Shown here piece by piece: positions 1 to 7,901 of a stretch of 20,000 nucleotides of DNA. Position numbers and translations under genes: made by a program. Numbering within the stretch: position 1 is the stretch's first letter; each line of letters opens with the position of its first letter. The DNA lies in the sequence record SRR31156797_315, one strand, 5' to 3'. The notes below the pieces were generated by a model that saw only the letters and a program-made list of their open reading frames with translations, made no database searches and was not told where the DNA came from.

Positions 1-1964
1 TTTTTAAGCAGTTCCTGCTGAACTTTTGGCAACTCCAGTTTGATGCGGTCACCACCAAAAAAGCCTTCTACCGGCACTTTTTTCTCTTCACCTTCAAGGC
101 GTGGCGTAATGCCCATACACATCACAACCACATCTGAAGTTCTGGCAGCTTCGATGGCTTTTTGTACCATGTTTTCCTCAGGCATGTTCCAGATCAACCG
201 AATCTCACTTTCTCCTTCATTTTCTTTTTGAAGGATTTTCAGATCATAACTTTGGTCGGCTTTCAGATACACTTTTTCGTATTCGGGATAGGACATAAAA
301 ATACTGGAACGGCTAACAAGTAGTGAATCGTCCAGGTAAACTTCGTACTCGGTTCCATATCCACCAATATAATAGTTACCGGTTTTTGGCGGAATGAGTT
401 TTCCGGTCCAGCGAATGGAGAAATTGTTGTCATCCAGGTTGTCAAGGGGGGCACCTCCCCACCAGTTAAAATTTATCTCTGGATCGATACGGGTGAGTAC
501 AGGTTGTCCTTCCATTTCAAAATTGTCGAAAATTTCAGCTTTTAACCCATTCACCGTTTTACCGTTTTCGATGGTAAAAAGGTATTCCTTTGGAATAACG
601 TGCATGGCAGGAAGATCTTCTGCCCAGTCGCAACCCTGTTCAAATATAACCTCCGCTTTTCCGGCGAGTTTTTCACGGATGGCCAGTAAAGGTGTTATGG
701 GGTTTGCTGGAGTACCGTTGTAGTTTCCAAACATGACTTCCGGACTATCTGCATTGGGCCCGATAACCGCAATCCTTTTAACCCCGGTTTCTTTGATCGG
801 CAGCATTCCGTCATTTTTCAGGAGCACCATCGATTTCCGGGCTGCCTCGAGCGATTTTGCCTGGTGGGATTTATCATCCAATACAGAAACCGGGATATTT
901 GACCATGGAACCATTTCCGGAGGATCGAACATGCCGAGCCTGAACCGGGCATGCAAAAGCCTTTTCAAGGCAACATCAACGTTATCTTCGATGATCATGG
1001 CAGAGTCAAGTGAATGGCCAAGGTTGCGATAAACCTGGCCGCAATTTAAATCCGTCCCGGCTTTTATGGCGATGGCTCCGGCCTCACCTTCACTTTCCGC
1101 TGTGGTTTGGTGGGTGATAAAATCGCGCAAAGCCCAGCAATCAGAAACCACGTATCCTTCAAAGCCCCAGTTTTTCCTGAGCATGTCTTTGAGCAGAAAC
1201 GTGTTACCGCAACAGGGTAAACCTTTATAAAGGTTATAGGCACACATCACCGACTCCACTTGACCTTTTATTATGGTGTGGCGAAAATGTGGCAGGTAGG
1301 TTTGTTGTAGGTCTCGATCAGAAACTACTGCATTAAAAGCATGACGGTCGGGTTCAGGTCCGCTGTGTACGGCATAATGTTTTACAGTAGCAACTGTTTT
1401 TAAATATTTGGGATGATTACCCTGTAAGCCACGAATAAAGCTGGTACCGATAAGTGCTGTAAGATATGGGTCTTCACCATAAGTTTCCTGGCCGCGCCCC
1501 CAACGTGGATCGCGAAAAATGTTGATGTTTGGCGACCAGAAAGTTATGCCCTGGAAAATGCCATGTTTTCCCTGACGCAAATAATCGTGGTATTTGGCAC
1601 GTGCTTCATCTGAAATGATGTTGGCCATTTCATAAATCAGCGTGGTGTCCCAGGTTGCAGCCAGCCCGATGGCCTGTGGAAAAACCGTGGCTTTGCCCGA
1701 TCGTGCTACACCATGCAAACATTCGTTCCACCAGTTGTAATCCGGAATGTCAAGTCGTTCAATGGCTGGGGCATCGTATTTCAACTGTGAAATTTTTTCC
1801 TCTATTGTCATCCGGGAAATCAAGTCATCAACACGTTTATCAAAACTCAGACTGGATTTGAGATAATCGGGTGTGGAAGCTTGATGACAGGAAATGACAA
1901 AAACCAAGGGCAGGAACCAGATCAAATGGCAGGATTTCAACGTTTTACGAATCTGTTTTATCAT
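1..1964 (-). CDS. GH3 beta-glucosidase/beta-xylosidase with inserted PA14 domain, probable lipoprotein; 3' end runs beyond the window edge
   Basis: Manual translation from ATG at 1964: MIKQIRKTLKSCHLIWFLPLVFVISCHQ... DKRVDDLISRMTIEEKISQL... IPDYNWWNECLHGVAR... ATVFPQAIGLAATWD. GH3 nucleophile motif WGFEGYVVSDCWA (Asp codon 1140-1142). PA14-like segment TRIDPEINFNWWGGAP...FSIRWTGKLIPPKTGNY (~230-540). C-domain DVVVMCMGITPRLEGEE...GGDRIKLELPKVQQELL in the same frame at the edge. It is absent from the ORF track because no stop codon lies in the window. Confidence 0.95.
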   Translation of the reverse strand, partial: MIKQIRKTLKSCHLIWFLPLVFVISCHQASTPDYLKSSLSFDKRVDDLISRMTIEEKISQLKYDAPAIERLDIPDYNWWNECLHGVARSGKATVFPQAIGLAATWDTTLIYEMANIISDEARAKYHDYLRQGKHGIFQGITFWSPNINIFRDPRWGRGQETYGEDPYLTALIGTSFIRGLQGNHPKYLKTVATVKHYAVHSGPEPDRHAFNAVVSDRDLQQTYLPHFRHTIIKGQVESVMCAYNLYKGLPCCGNTFLLKDMLRKNWGFEGYVVSDCWALRDFITHQTTAESEGEAGAIAIKAGTDLNCGQVYRNLGHSLDSAMIIEDNVDVALKRLLHARFRLGMFDPPEMVPWSNIPVSVLDDKSHQAKSLEAARKSMVLLKNDGMLPIKETGVKRIAVIGPNADSPEVMFGNYNGTPANPITPLLAIREKLAGKAEVIFEQGCDWAEDLPAMHVIPKEYLFTIENGKTVNGLKAEIFDNFEMEGQPVLTRIDPEINFNWWGGAPLDNLDDNNFSIRWTGKLIPPKTGNYYIGGYGTEYEVYLDDSLLVSRSSIFMSYPEYEKVYLKADQSYDLKILQKENEGESEIRLIWNMPEENMVQKAIEAARTSDVVVMCMGITPRLEGEEKKVPVEGFFGGDRIKLELPKVQQELLK

Positions 1965-2094
1965 ATCTACATTAATACTGGTTAATTGACTGCAAATTAA
2001 TTGTTTTTTTAAGTTCCTGACTTGTTTTACACGATGATTATTCAGTTCTCGCAGATCAGTACAGATCAGCACGATAGATCTGTGAACATCATCC

Positions 2095-2135
2095 CAAAAA
2101 ACAAAAGCCCTGAAAGCGATAGTTTTCAGGGCTTT
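2095..2135 (-). terminator. Intrinsic terminator hairpin read on the - strand (possibly bidirectional)
   Basis: 12-bp perfect inverted repeat AAAGCCCTGAAA (2104-2115) / TTTCAGGGCTTT (2124-2135). The adjacent A-rich tract AAAAAACAAAA (2096-2106) gives a U-tail on the - strand. Confidence 0.75.
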
Positions 2136-2149
2136 GTAGGTTCAGGTTA

Positions 2150-2166
2150 TAGCCCCACAAGGAATC
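2150..2166 (-). other. Orphan tRNA 3'-end-like fragment (putative att site remnant; tRNA-Arg-like)
   Basis: The - strand reads GATT-CCTTG-TGGGGCT-A: T-loop end, 3' T-stem, 3' acceptor strand and discriminator. No GGTTC, anticodon arm or D arm lies upstream. The terminator follows about 14 nt downstream. Confidence 0.55.
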
Positions 2167-2187
2167 CTTCTATGCCAGTTATTACAA

Positions 2188-2259
2188 ATGTTACATCCAT
2201 GTAACATCTCTTGTATTTTAAGGCTTTTGGTATCATTTGTAGCGATAATGGTAACATCT
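2188..2259. promoter_or_regulatory. Candidate operator: 9-bp perfect palindrome plus repeated half-site
   Basis: ATGTTACAT-cc-ATGTAACAT at 2188-2207. GTAACATCT occurs at 2201-2209 and again at 2251-2259, upstream of the first PUL gene. Confidence 0.5.
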
Positions 2260-2287
2260 GTATTACCGGAAACGGCCCACCTGATCC

Positions 2288-2295
2288 TACTTTTG
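2288..2295 (+). promoter_or_regulatory. Bacteroidota sigmaA -7 promoter element for the PUL operon
   Basis: TACTTTTG matches the TAnnTTTG consensus, 47 nt before the MFS ATG. There is no canonical -33 TTTG at the expected spacing. Confidence 0.5.
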
Positions 2296-2342
2296 GCTCA
2301 TCAATTTCAAGCGAATATGCTAACAATTAAAATATTAAACAG

Positions 2343-3701
2343 ATGAGCAAAAGATACACGAAAATCAGAACCATGGCCATCATCGCCGCGCTGGGAGGAT
2401 TTCTTTTTGGTTATGACATTGCCATGATTTCGGGTACGACTATTTATCTTCAAAGTGAGTTTGGGCTTAACGACCTGTGGCTGGGATTCACCGTGATGAT
2501 AGCTGTGGTTGGTACAATCATCGGCACCATAATAATTGGTAATGTGGGTGACAAATTCGGAAGAAAACAAAGTATGCAAACTCTCGCCCTGCTTTATGCA
2601 ATTTCTGCAGCGGGAAGTGCCCTCGCACCGTATTGGGAAGTTTTGTTGGTGTTTCGTTTGATTGCAGGTATTTGTGTGGGCGGGATATCGGTACTGGCTC
2701 CCATGTACATTGCCGAAATATCGCCCTCACAAATCCGTGGCCGGTTGGTATTGCTGAATCAACTCAACGTGGTTACGGCAATTTTTGTAGCCTATTTTGT
2801 AAATTACTTTATCAACAGGCACGTGGGGGTTGATCCCTGGCGATGGATGATAGGAGCAGAGATGGTTCCGGGCTTGTTGTTTTTCGGCCTGCTGTTTAAA
2901 ATCCCGGCCAGCCCGAGATTGCTCATGCTGAAAGGAAAGGTTGAAGAAGCCAGGCAGGTGCTGGAAGGCCTGAACTTTGGCCGCGTAAACGAGGAAATTG
3001 CCGACATTCAGCACGCATTGGATCGTTCAAGCAAGCTTGACAATGTGAAGCTTTTTACGAAAGACAACCGTTTCCCGGTAATTGCCACCATTTTGATTGC
3101 CATGTTCAACCAGCTCTCTGGTATCAATGCCATCATATATTATGCCCCACGAATTTTTGAACAAACCGGCCTGGGTAGCGATGCCGCACTGATGCAGTCC
3201 ATAGCCATAGGTGGTACCAACCTGATATTTACCTTAATTGCCCTTACCATCATCGACCGTTTTGGACGCAGGAACCTGCTTATGACCGGTTCGGTGGGGA
3301 TGGTATTTTTTCTTGGTATGATTGCACGGGCCTTTTATCTGCAGGAGTTCGGGAGTTTCCTGGTGATGTTTTACCTGATAGGTTACATCGCGTTTTTTGC
3401 CATTTCGCAGGGGGCCATTTTATGGGTGTTCATTTCCGAGATTTTCCCTAATCATGTGCGCAGCAAAGGACAGGCACTCGGATCGTTTGTACATTGGCTG
3501 CTTACCGGAATTTTAGCACTGGTCTTCCCGGTTGTAGCGGCCATGCCCTCGATAGGTGGCGGCCCAATATTTACATTCTTCACGCTAATGATGGCTTTCC
3601 AGTTTTTCTTTGCCTGGAAGGTGATTCCGGAAACCAAAGGACGTTCACTTGAAGAAATCCAGGAAGACCTCGCTAAGCGCCGTGCCCCTAAAGTAGGGTG
3701 A
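2343..3701 (+). CDS. MFS sugar porter family transporter (probable fructose/H+ symporter)
   Basis: 452 aa with about 12 hydrophobic segments. Motifs GGFLFGYD, DKFGRK, PMYIAEISP..RG, FNQLSGINAIIYYAP, DRFGRR and PETKGRSLEEI. Fructose specificity is inferred from context. Confidence 0.95.
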   Translation: MSKRYTKIRTMAIIAALGGFLFGYDIAMISGTTIYLQSEFGLNDLWLGFTVMIAVVGTIIGTIIIGNVGDKFGRKQSMQTLALLYAISAAGSALAPYWEVLLVFRLIAGICVGGISVLAPMYIAEISPSQIRGRLVLLNQLNVVTAIFVAYFVNYFINRHVGVDPWRWMIGAEMVPGLLFFGLLFKIPASPRLLMLKGKVEEARQVLEGLNFGRVNEEIADIQHALDRSSKLDNVKLFTKDNRFPVIATILIAMFNQLSGINAIIYYAPRIFEQTGLGSDAALMQSIAIGGTNLIFTLIALTIIDRFGRRNLLMTGSVGMVFFLGMIARAFYLQEFGSFLVMFYLIGYIAFFAISQGAILWVFISEIFPNHVRSKGQALGSFVHWLLTGILALVFPVVAAMPSIGGGPIFTFFTLMMAFQFFFAWKVIPETKGRSLEEIQEDLAKRRAPKVG

Positions 3702-3718
3702 AAGAGAAGGTAGAGGTG

Positions 3719-3838
3719 AGATCTGAGGTGGGAGTTTAGAGTTACCAGTTACGAATTTCGAATAACCAATAACGCATAACCTATAACCAATAACGCATAA
3801 CGAATAACCAATAACGATTAACAAACAACAAATAGCCA
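3719..3838. repeat. Heptamer tandem repeat array (ATAACNN core) in the MFS-kinase spacer
   Basis: From 3762: ATAACCA ATAACGC ATAACCT ATAACCA ATAACGC ATAACGA ATAACCA ATAACGA, then degenerate TTAACAA ACAACAA ATAGCCA. It is preceded by 7-nt-period units AGATCTG AGGTGGG AGTTTAG AGTTACC AGTTACG AATTTCG. Confidence 0.9.
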
Positions 3839-3842
3839 AACG

Positions 3843-4733
3843 ATGAAACTGAAAAACAACAAAGTGCTTTGTGTGGGTGAGGTGCTCTGGGACAAGTTGC
3901 CCAGCGGGCCAAAACCCGGCGGGGCACCCATGAATGTTGCCATACACCTGAAGAAATTCGGGATTGATGTGGCCATGGCCAGCAGGGTAGGTAAGGATGA
4001 GGATGGCCGCAAGCTCCGCGATTTTATCGAAGCATCCGGGTTGTCAACCTCTAATATCCAAACAGATGATGAGCTGGAAACCAGCCAGGTTTTAGTACAT
4101 CTCGATGAAAACAACAACGCAACCTATGAGATTTGCGAGCCGGTGGCCTGGGATAATTTACAGCTTACCGACGCATTGCAAACTAAAGCCGCCGAATCTG
4201 GGGTGATCGTTTTTGGAACCCTCGCCTCAAGAAATCGAACCACCCGCGAAACCGTGTTATCGGTACTCGAAACGGACGCTGTTAAACTGGTGGACATTAA
4301 CCTGCGGCAGCCTTATGACAAGCAGGAACTTGTTGAAACCATGCTCCGGAAAGCGGATGTAGCCAAACTGAATGATGAAGAAATTGTCGTTATAGCGCAG
4401 TGGCATAACAAACACAAGCACGACGAAAGAAGTCTGATTAAGTGGATGGCCTCCGAGTACGATTGTGAGATGGTGGTTGTTACACGTGGCGACCATGGAG
4501 CTATTGCTTATCAGGATGGCGAATTTTACGAACATCCAGGATTTAAGGTTAAGGCTGTTGATACGGTAGGGTCTGGAGATGCCTTTTTGGCCGGCTTTAC
4601 TGCATCGCTCATTCAGGGGAAATCAACAAAAGACGCGCTTGCATATGCCTGTGCCACCGGGGCTTTTGTGGCAAAACAAACCGGTGGCACGCCGGATTAT
4701 AGTATAGATGATATAAAAATGATTATTAACTAA
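3843..4733 (+). CDS. PfkB-family carbohydrate kinase (fructokinase)
   Basis: 296 aa. GEVLWD, PGGAPMNVA, VGKDEDG, DINLR, KLNDEE, VTRGDHGA and the PfkB signature DTVGSGDAFLAG. Located in a GH32 locus. Confidence 0.95.
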   Translation: MKLKNNKVLCVGEVLWDKLPSGPKPGGAPMNVAIHLKKFGIDVAMASRVGKDEDGRKLRDFIEASGLSTSNIQTDDELETSQVLVHLDENNNATYEICEPVAWDNLQLTDALQTKAAESGVIVFGTLASRNRTTRETVLSVLETDAVKLVDINLRQPYDKQELVETMLRKADVAKLNDEEIVVIAQWHNKHKHDERSLIKWMASEYDCEMVVVTRGDHGAIAYQDGEFYEHPGFKVKAVDTVGSGDAFLAGFTASLIQGKSTKDALAYACATGAFVAKQTGGTPDYSIDDIKMIIN

Positions 4734-4750
4734 TATAAAAATTAGCATGT

Positions 4751-7700
4751 ATGGGAAAAATACTCCACTCATTTAAGAATTGGCAAATGACCCTGATGGT
4801 AATCGCCTCGCTGCTTTTTACCTCACAACTATTTGCCCAGAATGTAGATATAAGCGGTACCGTTACCGATATTTCTACAGGTGAAACAATTCCTGGCGTT
4901 ACAGTTCTCGAAAAAGGTACCATGAACGGTACCATTTCGGATATTGATGGAAATTACAGTATCAATGTTCCTGTTGGAGCAACACTGATTTTTTCTTTTG
5001 TCGGAATGGAAACAACAGAAGTTCCGGTAGTTTCGGCAGGAACTATTGATGTTACAATGAAAAGTGCCATGGTTGGCCTCGACGAAGTGGTTGTTGTGGG
5101 TTATGGAACCAAAAAGAAGAAAGACCTTATCGGGGCTGTTTCGGTGGTCGAAACCGAAACTTTTGATAGAAATGTGTCGGCCAATGCCATGCAATCTATC
5201 CAGGGCCAGATACCCGGTATGGTTATCAGTTCCGATGGTTCACCGGATGGTTCGGTGGATATCAAGATCAGGGGTATCAACTCGATCAACTCCAACACAA
5301 CACCGCTGTACATTATTGACGGGGTGCCCACCACAAGTAACCTCAACGAATTGAACTCGCAGGACATCGAATCCATGCAGGTACTTAAAGATGCATCAGC
5401 AGCCAGTATTTATGGCTCGCGGGCTTCCAACGGTGTTATCATTATTACGACTAAAAAAGGTGAGGCCGGAAAAACCAAAATCAACGTTAAGGCAAATTAC
5501 GGTTTAAGTTTCTATGCAAACCGGCCTACAGTGCTCGACAGCTATCAATACGGACAAGCTTACTGGCAGGCTGCTGTGAACGACGGTACCGACCCAAACC
5601 AGCATTACCTGTATCAGTACGACTGGCATTATGATGATAATGGAACGCCCGTTCTGGATGATGTTTTGTTGCCTTACTATCTTGATGCAGATCAAACAAT
5701 GCGTACGTCCAATACCGACTGGTTCAACGAAATATCCCGAATTGGTCAACAAAAATCATTGGATTTAAGCCTTTCGCAGGGAGGAGAAAAAGGAACTTCG
5801 ATGTTTTCGATTGGCCTTTTTGACAATCAGGGAATCATAAACACATCCAGGTTCTCAAGAATTACGGCCCGCCTCAACAGCAATTATAAAATGTTGGATG
5901 GCAGGCTTACCGTTGGTGAAAATCTCTCTTTCAGCTATTTGCAGGATCAAAACTATGATGTGCTAAACCTCACACTGCAAACATTACCTGTTATTCCTGT
6001 AAGGACTGTTGACGGGAAAGGATGGGGTGGCCCGGTTGCCGGGATGAACGATCGCCAGAATCCTGCACGTTTACTGGCAGATAATGAACAGAATCACAGC
6101 AATTTTATGCGAATTTTTGGAAATGCTTACCTGGATTTTGAAATTATCGATGATCTGAAATTCCATTCAAGTTTTGGTATCGACTACGGTAATTATTACA
6201 GCAGGCTTATGACCTACAGCTACCAGTCAGGGTATTTGCAAAACGAAACCAACAGAGTGGATAATTTCCAGTCCCATACTTTTAAATACACCTGGACGAA
6301 CACTTTAAATTACAAATATACATGGGGTAAAAACGATTTCGATTTTCTTGCCGGTATGGAAATGTTCAGCGACAGCTACGAAGAATTTGGTGCAGGAGTA
6401 GAGCATTTTGAGATTGAAAACGAAGATTATATGTATATCAACGCAGGAACCGGTGCCAAGAGTGTACTCGGAAACGGAACCGGCTACAGGCTGCTTTCTT
6501 ATTTCGGAAAAGTAAATTACGATTACAACGATAGATACCTGGCTTCGGCAACATTGCGCTATGATGGGTCATCACGTTTTGGCTCAAACAACCAGTTTGG
6601 TTTTTTTCCGGCGGCTTCGGCTGGCTGGAGGATTAGCCAGGAAGACTTTATCAGGGATAATGTTGATGCGATCTCCGACCTGAAGCTACGTTTTGGTTGG
6701 GGGCAAACAGGTAACCAGGCCATCGATAACCTGGCGCGTTATTCAATTTTTGTTGCCGACTACGATGGAGGAGATCCAACATGGGCATCACCCTGGGGGA
6801 CTGCTTATGACATCGGCGGATACAATTCGGCCGGATTGCCTTCGGGATATCGCAGGGTACGCCTTGGAAACGATGACCTGAAATGGGAAACAACCACCCA
6901 AACAAATATCGGTATCGATTATGGCCTCTTCAATCAGAAATTACGTGGTAGCCTTGATTATTTCTGGAAAACAACCGAGGATATGTTGTTCGAGCCCGGA
7001 TACATTGGCGTGATTGGCGAAGGCGGAAATCAATTTGTGAATGGTGCCACTATGACCAACAATGGTTTTGAATTTATGCTTACCTGGACAGAAAGGGTGA
7101 ATGCGGATTTTAATTATTCAGTATCCGGAAATCTGGCTACTTATGTTAACGAAATCGTTGATTTACCCGAAGCGGTAGAAAACGCCTATGGCGGGAACGG
7201 AATGGATGATAATATTCTTGGCAGGCCCATTGGTTCGTTTTATGGCTATGTGGCCGATGGAATTTACAGAACCGAAGATGAAGTGCTAAACTCAGCCGAA
7301 AGCGTTGGGAAAGGCCTGGGGCGTATTCGCTACAAAGATTTAAACGGCGATGGTGTAGTTAATGATGACGACCGCACATGGATAGGTATTCCGCACCCTG
7401 ATTTCACTTTTGGGCTTAATTTCACGGCCAACTATAAAGGGTTCGACTTTAATATGTTCTGGGAAGGTATTGTTGGGATTGATGTTGTTAACCAATCAAA
7501 ATATCACACCGATTTCTGGAGTGTTAAAGAATCGGGTTCCAACAAAGGCGACCGTCTGCTGGATGCATGGTCGCCTTCAAACCCCGGATCAGATATTCCG
7601 GCACTCACCCTGATTGATGCCAACAACGAAAACAGGTTTTCGACTTATGTGGTTGAATCAGGATCCTACCTCAAATTAAGGTATTTGCAGCTCGGCTATA

Positions 7701-7879
7701 CTTTCGATCTCGAAAATCAGGGCATCAACAAATTCAGGGTTTTTGTTGGCGGACAAAACCTGTTGACCCTCAAGAAAAACAAAGGAGATAATAAGTTTAC
7801 AGGTGTTGACCCGGAAAATCCGGCATGGGGATATCCTATCCCGGTAACACTTACCGGCGGTTTAACACTTACTTTTTAA
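4751..7879 (+). CDS. susC: SusC/RagA-family TonB-dependent transporter (fructan PUL)
   Basis: 1042 aa. Signal peptide, N-terminal CarboxypepD_reg-like domain (ISGTVTD...GETIPGVTV), LDEVVVVGYG, plug motif DIESMQVLKDASAASIYGSRASNGVIIITTKKG, RYDGSSRFG, LKWETT, C-terminal Phe. Confidence 0.97.
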   Translation: MGKILHSFKNWQMTLMVIASLLFTSQLFAQNVDISGTVTDISTGETIPGVTVLEKGTMNGTISDIDGNYSINVPVGATLIFSFVGMETTEVPVVSAGTIDVTMKSAMVGLDEVVVVGYGTKKKKDLIGAVSVVETETFDRNVSANAMQSIQGQIPGMVISSDGSPDGSVDIKIRGINSINSNTTPLYIIDGVPTTSNLNELNSQDIESMQVLKDASAASIYGSRASNGVIIITTKKGEAGKTKINVKANYGLSFYANRPTVLDSYQYGQAYWQAAVNDGTDPNQHYLYQYDWHYDDNGTPVLDDVLLPYYLDADQTMRTSNTDWFNEISRIGQQKSLDLSLSQGGEKGTSMFSIGLFDNQGIINTSRFSRITARLNSNYKMLDGRLTVGENLSFSYLQDQNYDVLNLTLQTLPVIPVRTVDGKGWGGPVAGMNDRQNPARLLADNEQNHSNFMRIFGNAYLDFEIIDDLKFHSSFGIDYGNYYSRLMTYSYQSGYLQNETNRVDNFQSHTFKYTWTNTLNYKYTWGKNDFDFLAGMEMFSDSYEEFGAGVEHFEIENEDYMYINAGTGAKSVLGNGTGYRLLSYFGKVNYDYNDRYLASATLRYDGSSRFGSNNQFGFFPAASAGWRISQEDFIRDNVDAISDLKLRFGWGQTGNQAIDNLARYSIFVADYDGGDPTWASPWGTAYDIGGYNSAGLPSGYRRVRLGNDDLKWETTTQTNIGIDYGLFNQKLRGSLDYFWKTTEDMLFEPGYIGVIGEGGNQFVNGATMTNNGFEFMLTWTERVNADFNYSVSGNLATYVNEIVDLPEAVENAYGGNGMDDNILGRPIGSFYGYVADGIYRTEDEVLNSAESVGKGLGRIRYKDLNGDGVVNDDDRTWIGIPHPDFTFGLNFTANYKGFDFNMFWEGIVGIDVVNQSKYHTDFWSVKESGSNKGDRLLDAWSPSNPGSDIPALTLIDANNENRFSTYVVESGSYLKLRYLQLGYTFDLENQGINKFRVFVGGQNLLTLKKNKGDNKFTGVDPENPAWGYPIPVTLTGGLTLTF

Positions 7880-7901
7880 TCATTTTAAAACTAGCATATA
7901 T

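Noticed and set aside
40-1861. Short ORFs (40-231, 263-454, 394-723, 733-1032, 1655-1861)
   Set aside because: Antisense or off-frame shadows of the - strand GH3 gene, which has clear family motifs.
2022-2204. 60-aa intergenic ORF
   Set aside because: TTG start, no recognisable motifs, and it runs through the terminator and att-like fragment.
2140-2235. Intact tRNA gene on the - strand
   Set aside because: Only the last 17 nt fit. There is no GGTTC, anticodon arm or D arm, and no complementary 5' acceptor strand.
3762-3838. CRISPR array
   Set aside because: 7-nt tandem units with no unique spacers, and no cas genes in the window.
3645-3947. 100-aa - strand ORF with VIGY repeats
   Set aside because: A translation artefact of the heptamer array; overlaps two genuine + strand genes.
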